From contig CAYOPL010000013.1 in assembly GCA_964405845.1 (NCBI GenBank), positions 305 through 64,304 on the forward strand: a stretch of DNA of 64,000 nucleotides. Reading direction: 5' to 3'. Made by a program: the position numbers and the translations under genes. Shown here in pieces: positions 63,592-64,000 of the stretch. The stretch comes from an uncultured Dehalococcoidia bacterium. GTDB taxonomy: Bacteria > Chloroflexota > Dehalococcoidia > UBA6926. Below the pieces are notes generated by a model. That model did no database searches. It saw only the letters and a program-made list of their open reading frames with translations, and was not told the origin of the DNA. Numbering within the stretch: the stretch's first letter is position 1; every line of letters begins with the position of its first letter.

Positions 63592-64000
63592 GCGGCGGGC
63601 AGCCAGACTTGTTTTGCTTTTTGAAGCCCTCCTGACTGTTCCAGATTTCGGTTTGGCGGGTCTTGGGGGGATGCATCGCTGTCGGTTCCTGTCTGTTCGA
63701 TAGATCGGTTTGGCGCATTCGGGAGATCGCGTTCCGGGGGGCGAATCACCATTCTGGTCCGTCCGAGCCGGTCTCCGGAGCCTGTGCGCGCAGGGGACGC
63801 CTGCCGCTGAGCGGAGCTGCCGCGCCGACAGGTGTCCGCTCGGGGTGGGCGCGGGCCGAGGTTGTGGCATCGGCCATGAGCCCTCCCCCGCCGAGCTCGT
63901 TAGAGGCAGCGAGGGTTCGTCCCTCGCCCGCGTCACGCTCTTCGGCATGAGGGGCGGTTTCCGTCCTCGTACAGCTGCGCTGCCACCTCGCAGCCGTACG

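Noticed and set aside
63328-63948. 206-aa minus-strand ORF extending past the DUF35 gene
   Set aside because: The first half overlaps DUF35 antisense. The remainder is Pro/Arg/Ser-rich with no domain signature. Treated as non-coding.
1-64000. Scan for tRNA/rRNA genes, CRISPR arrays and transposases
   Set aside because: No GTTCGAATC-type T-loop words in intergenic regions, no regularly spaced direct repeats, and no ORF with DDE, HUH or serine-recombinase signatures. None are called.

Overview
High-GC (about 62-65%) bacterial chromosomal window, densely coding on both strands, with no rRNA, tRNA, CRISPR array or transposase that I can support. The backbone is housekeeping. There is a glycolytic operon (pgk 3' end, archaeal-type cofactor-independent phosphoglycerate mutase apgM, tpiA). 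Other housekeeping genes are miaA, dapF, an LL-diaminopimelate aminotransferase (dapL-like), argC, endonuclease III, tldD/pmbA, RNase D, a PcrA/UvrD helicase, RidA and speH-speE. Accessory content of interest: (1) a lower-GC two-gene nuclease cassette inserted between pgk and apgM and bracketed by imperfect direct repeats and palindromic hairpin repeats. Gene A is a Cas4/RecB-like PD-(D/E)XK nuclease with a Cys cluster, fused to a DEDD-exonuclease-like C-terminal region. Gene B is a small PD-(D/E)XK-like protein. (2) Four tandem MFS transporter paralogs wedged between dapF and dapL. (3) An ECF sigma / DUF5667-like anti-sigma pair followed by a heterodimeric ABC exporter and a single-domain retropepsin-like aspartic protease. 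(4) A TetR-UbiD-UbiA-UbiX operon translationally coupled to an NMT1/THI5-type ABC importer. (5) An ATPase-less, binding-protein-less peptide-type ABC permease trio with a TolB-like propeller. (6) A beta-oxidation-like cluster (acyl-CoA dehydrogenase (ACAD), fused double CaiB/BaiF family III CoA-transferase (CoAT), ACAD paralog, split MaoC hydratase, Ltp2-like thiolase, DUF35) interrupted by a clearly lower-GC island. The island encodes an 840-aa membrane protein with an N-terminal DnaJ-type CxxCxGxG zinc finger, a repetitive coiled coil, a TM helix, PT-rich linkers and a CAP/SCP (PR-1-like) domain. Recurrent TATACT -10-like boxes sit 6-13 nt upstream of several start codons, suggesting leaderless or near-leaderless mRNAs. 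All calls rest on reading the supplied translations and the DNA; no database searches were run.
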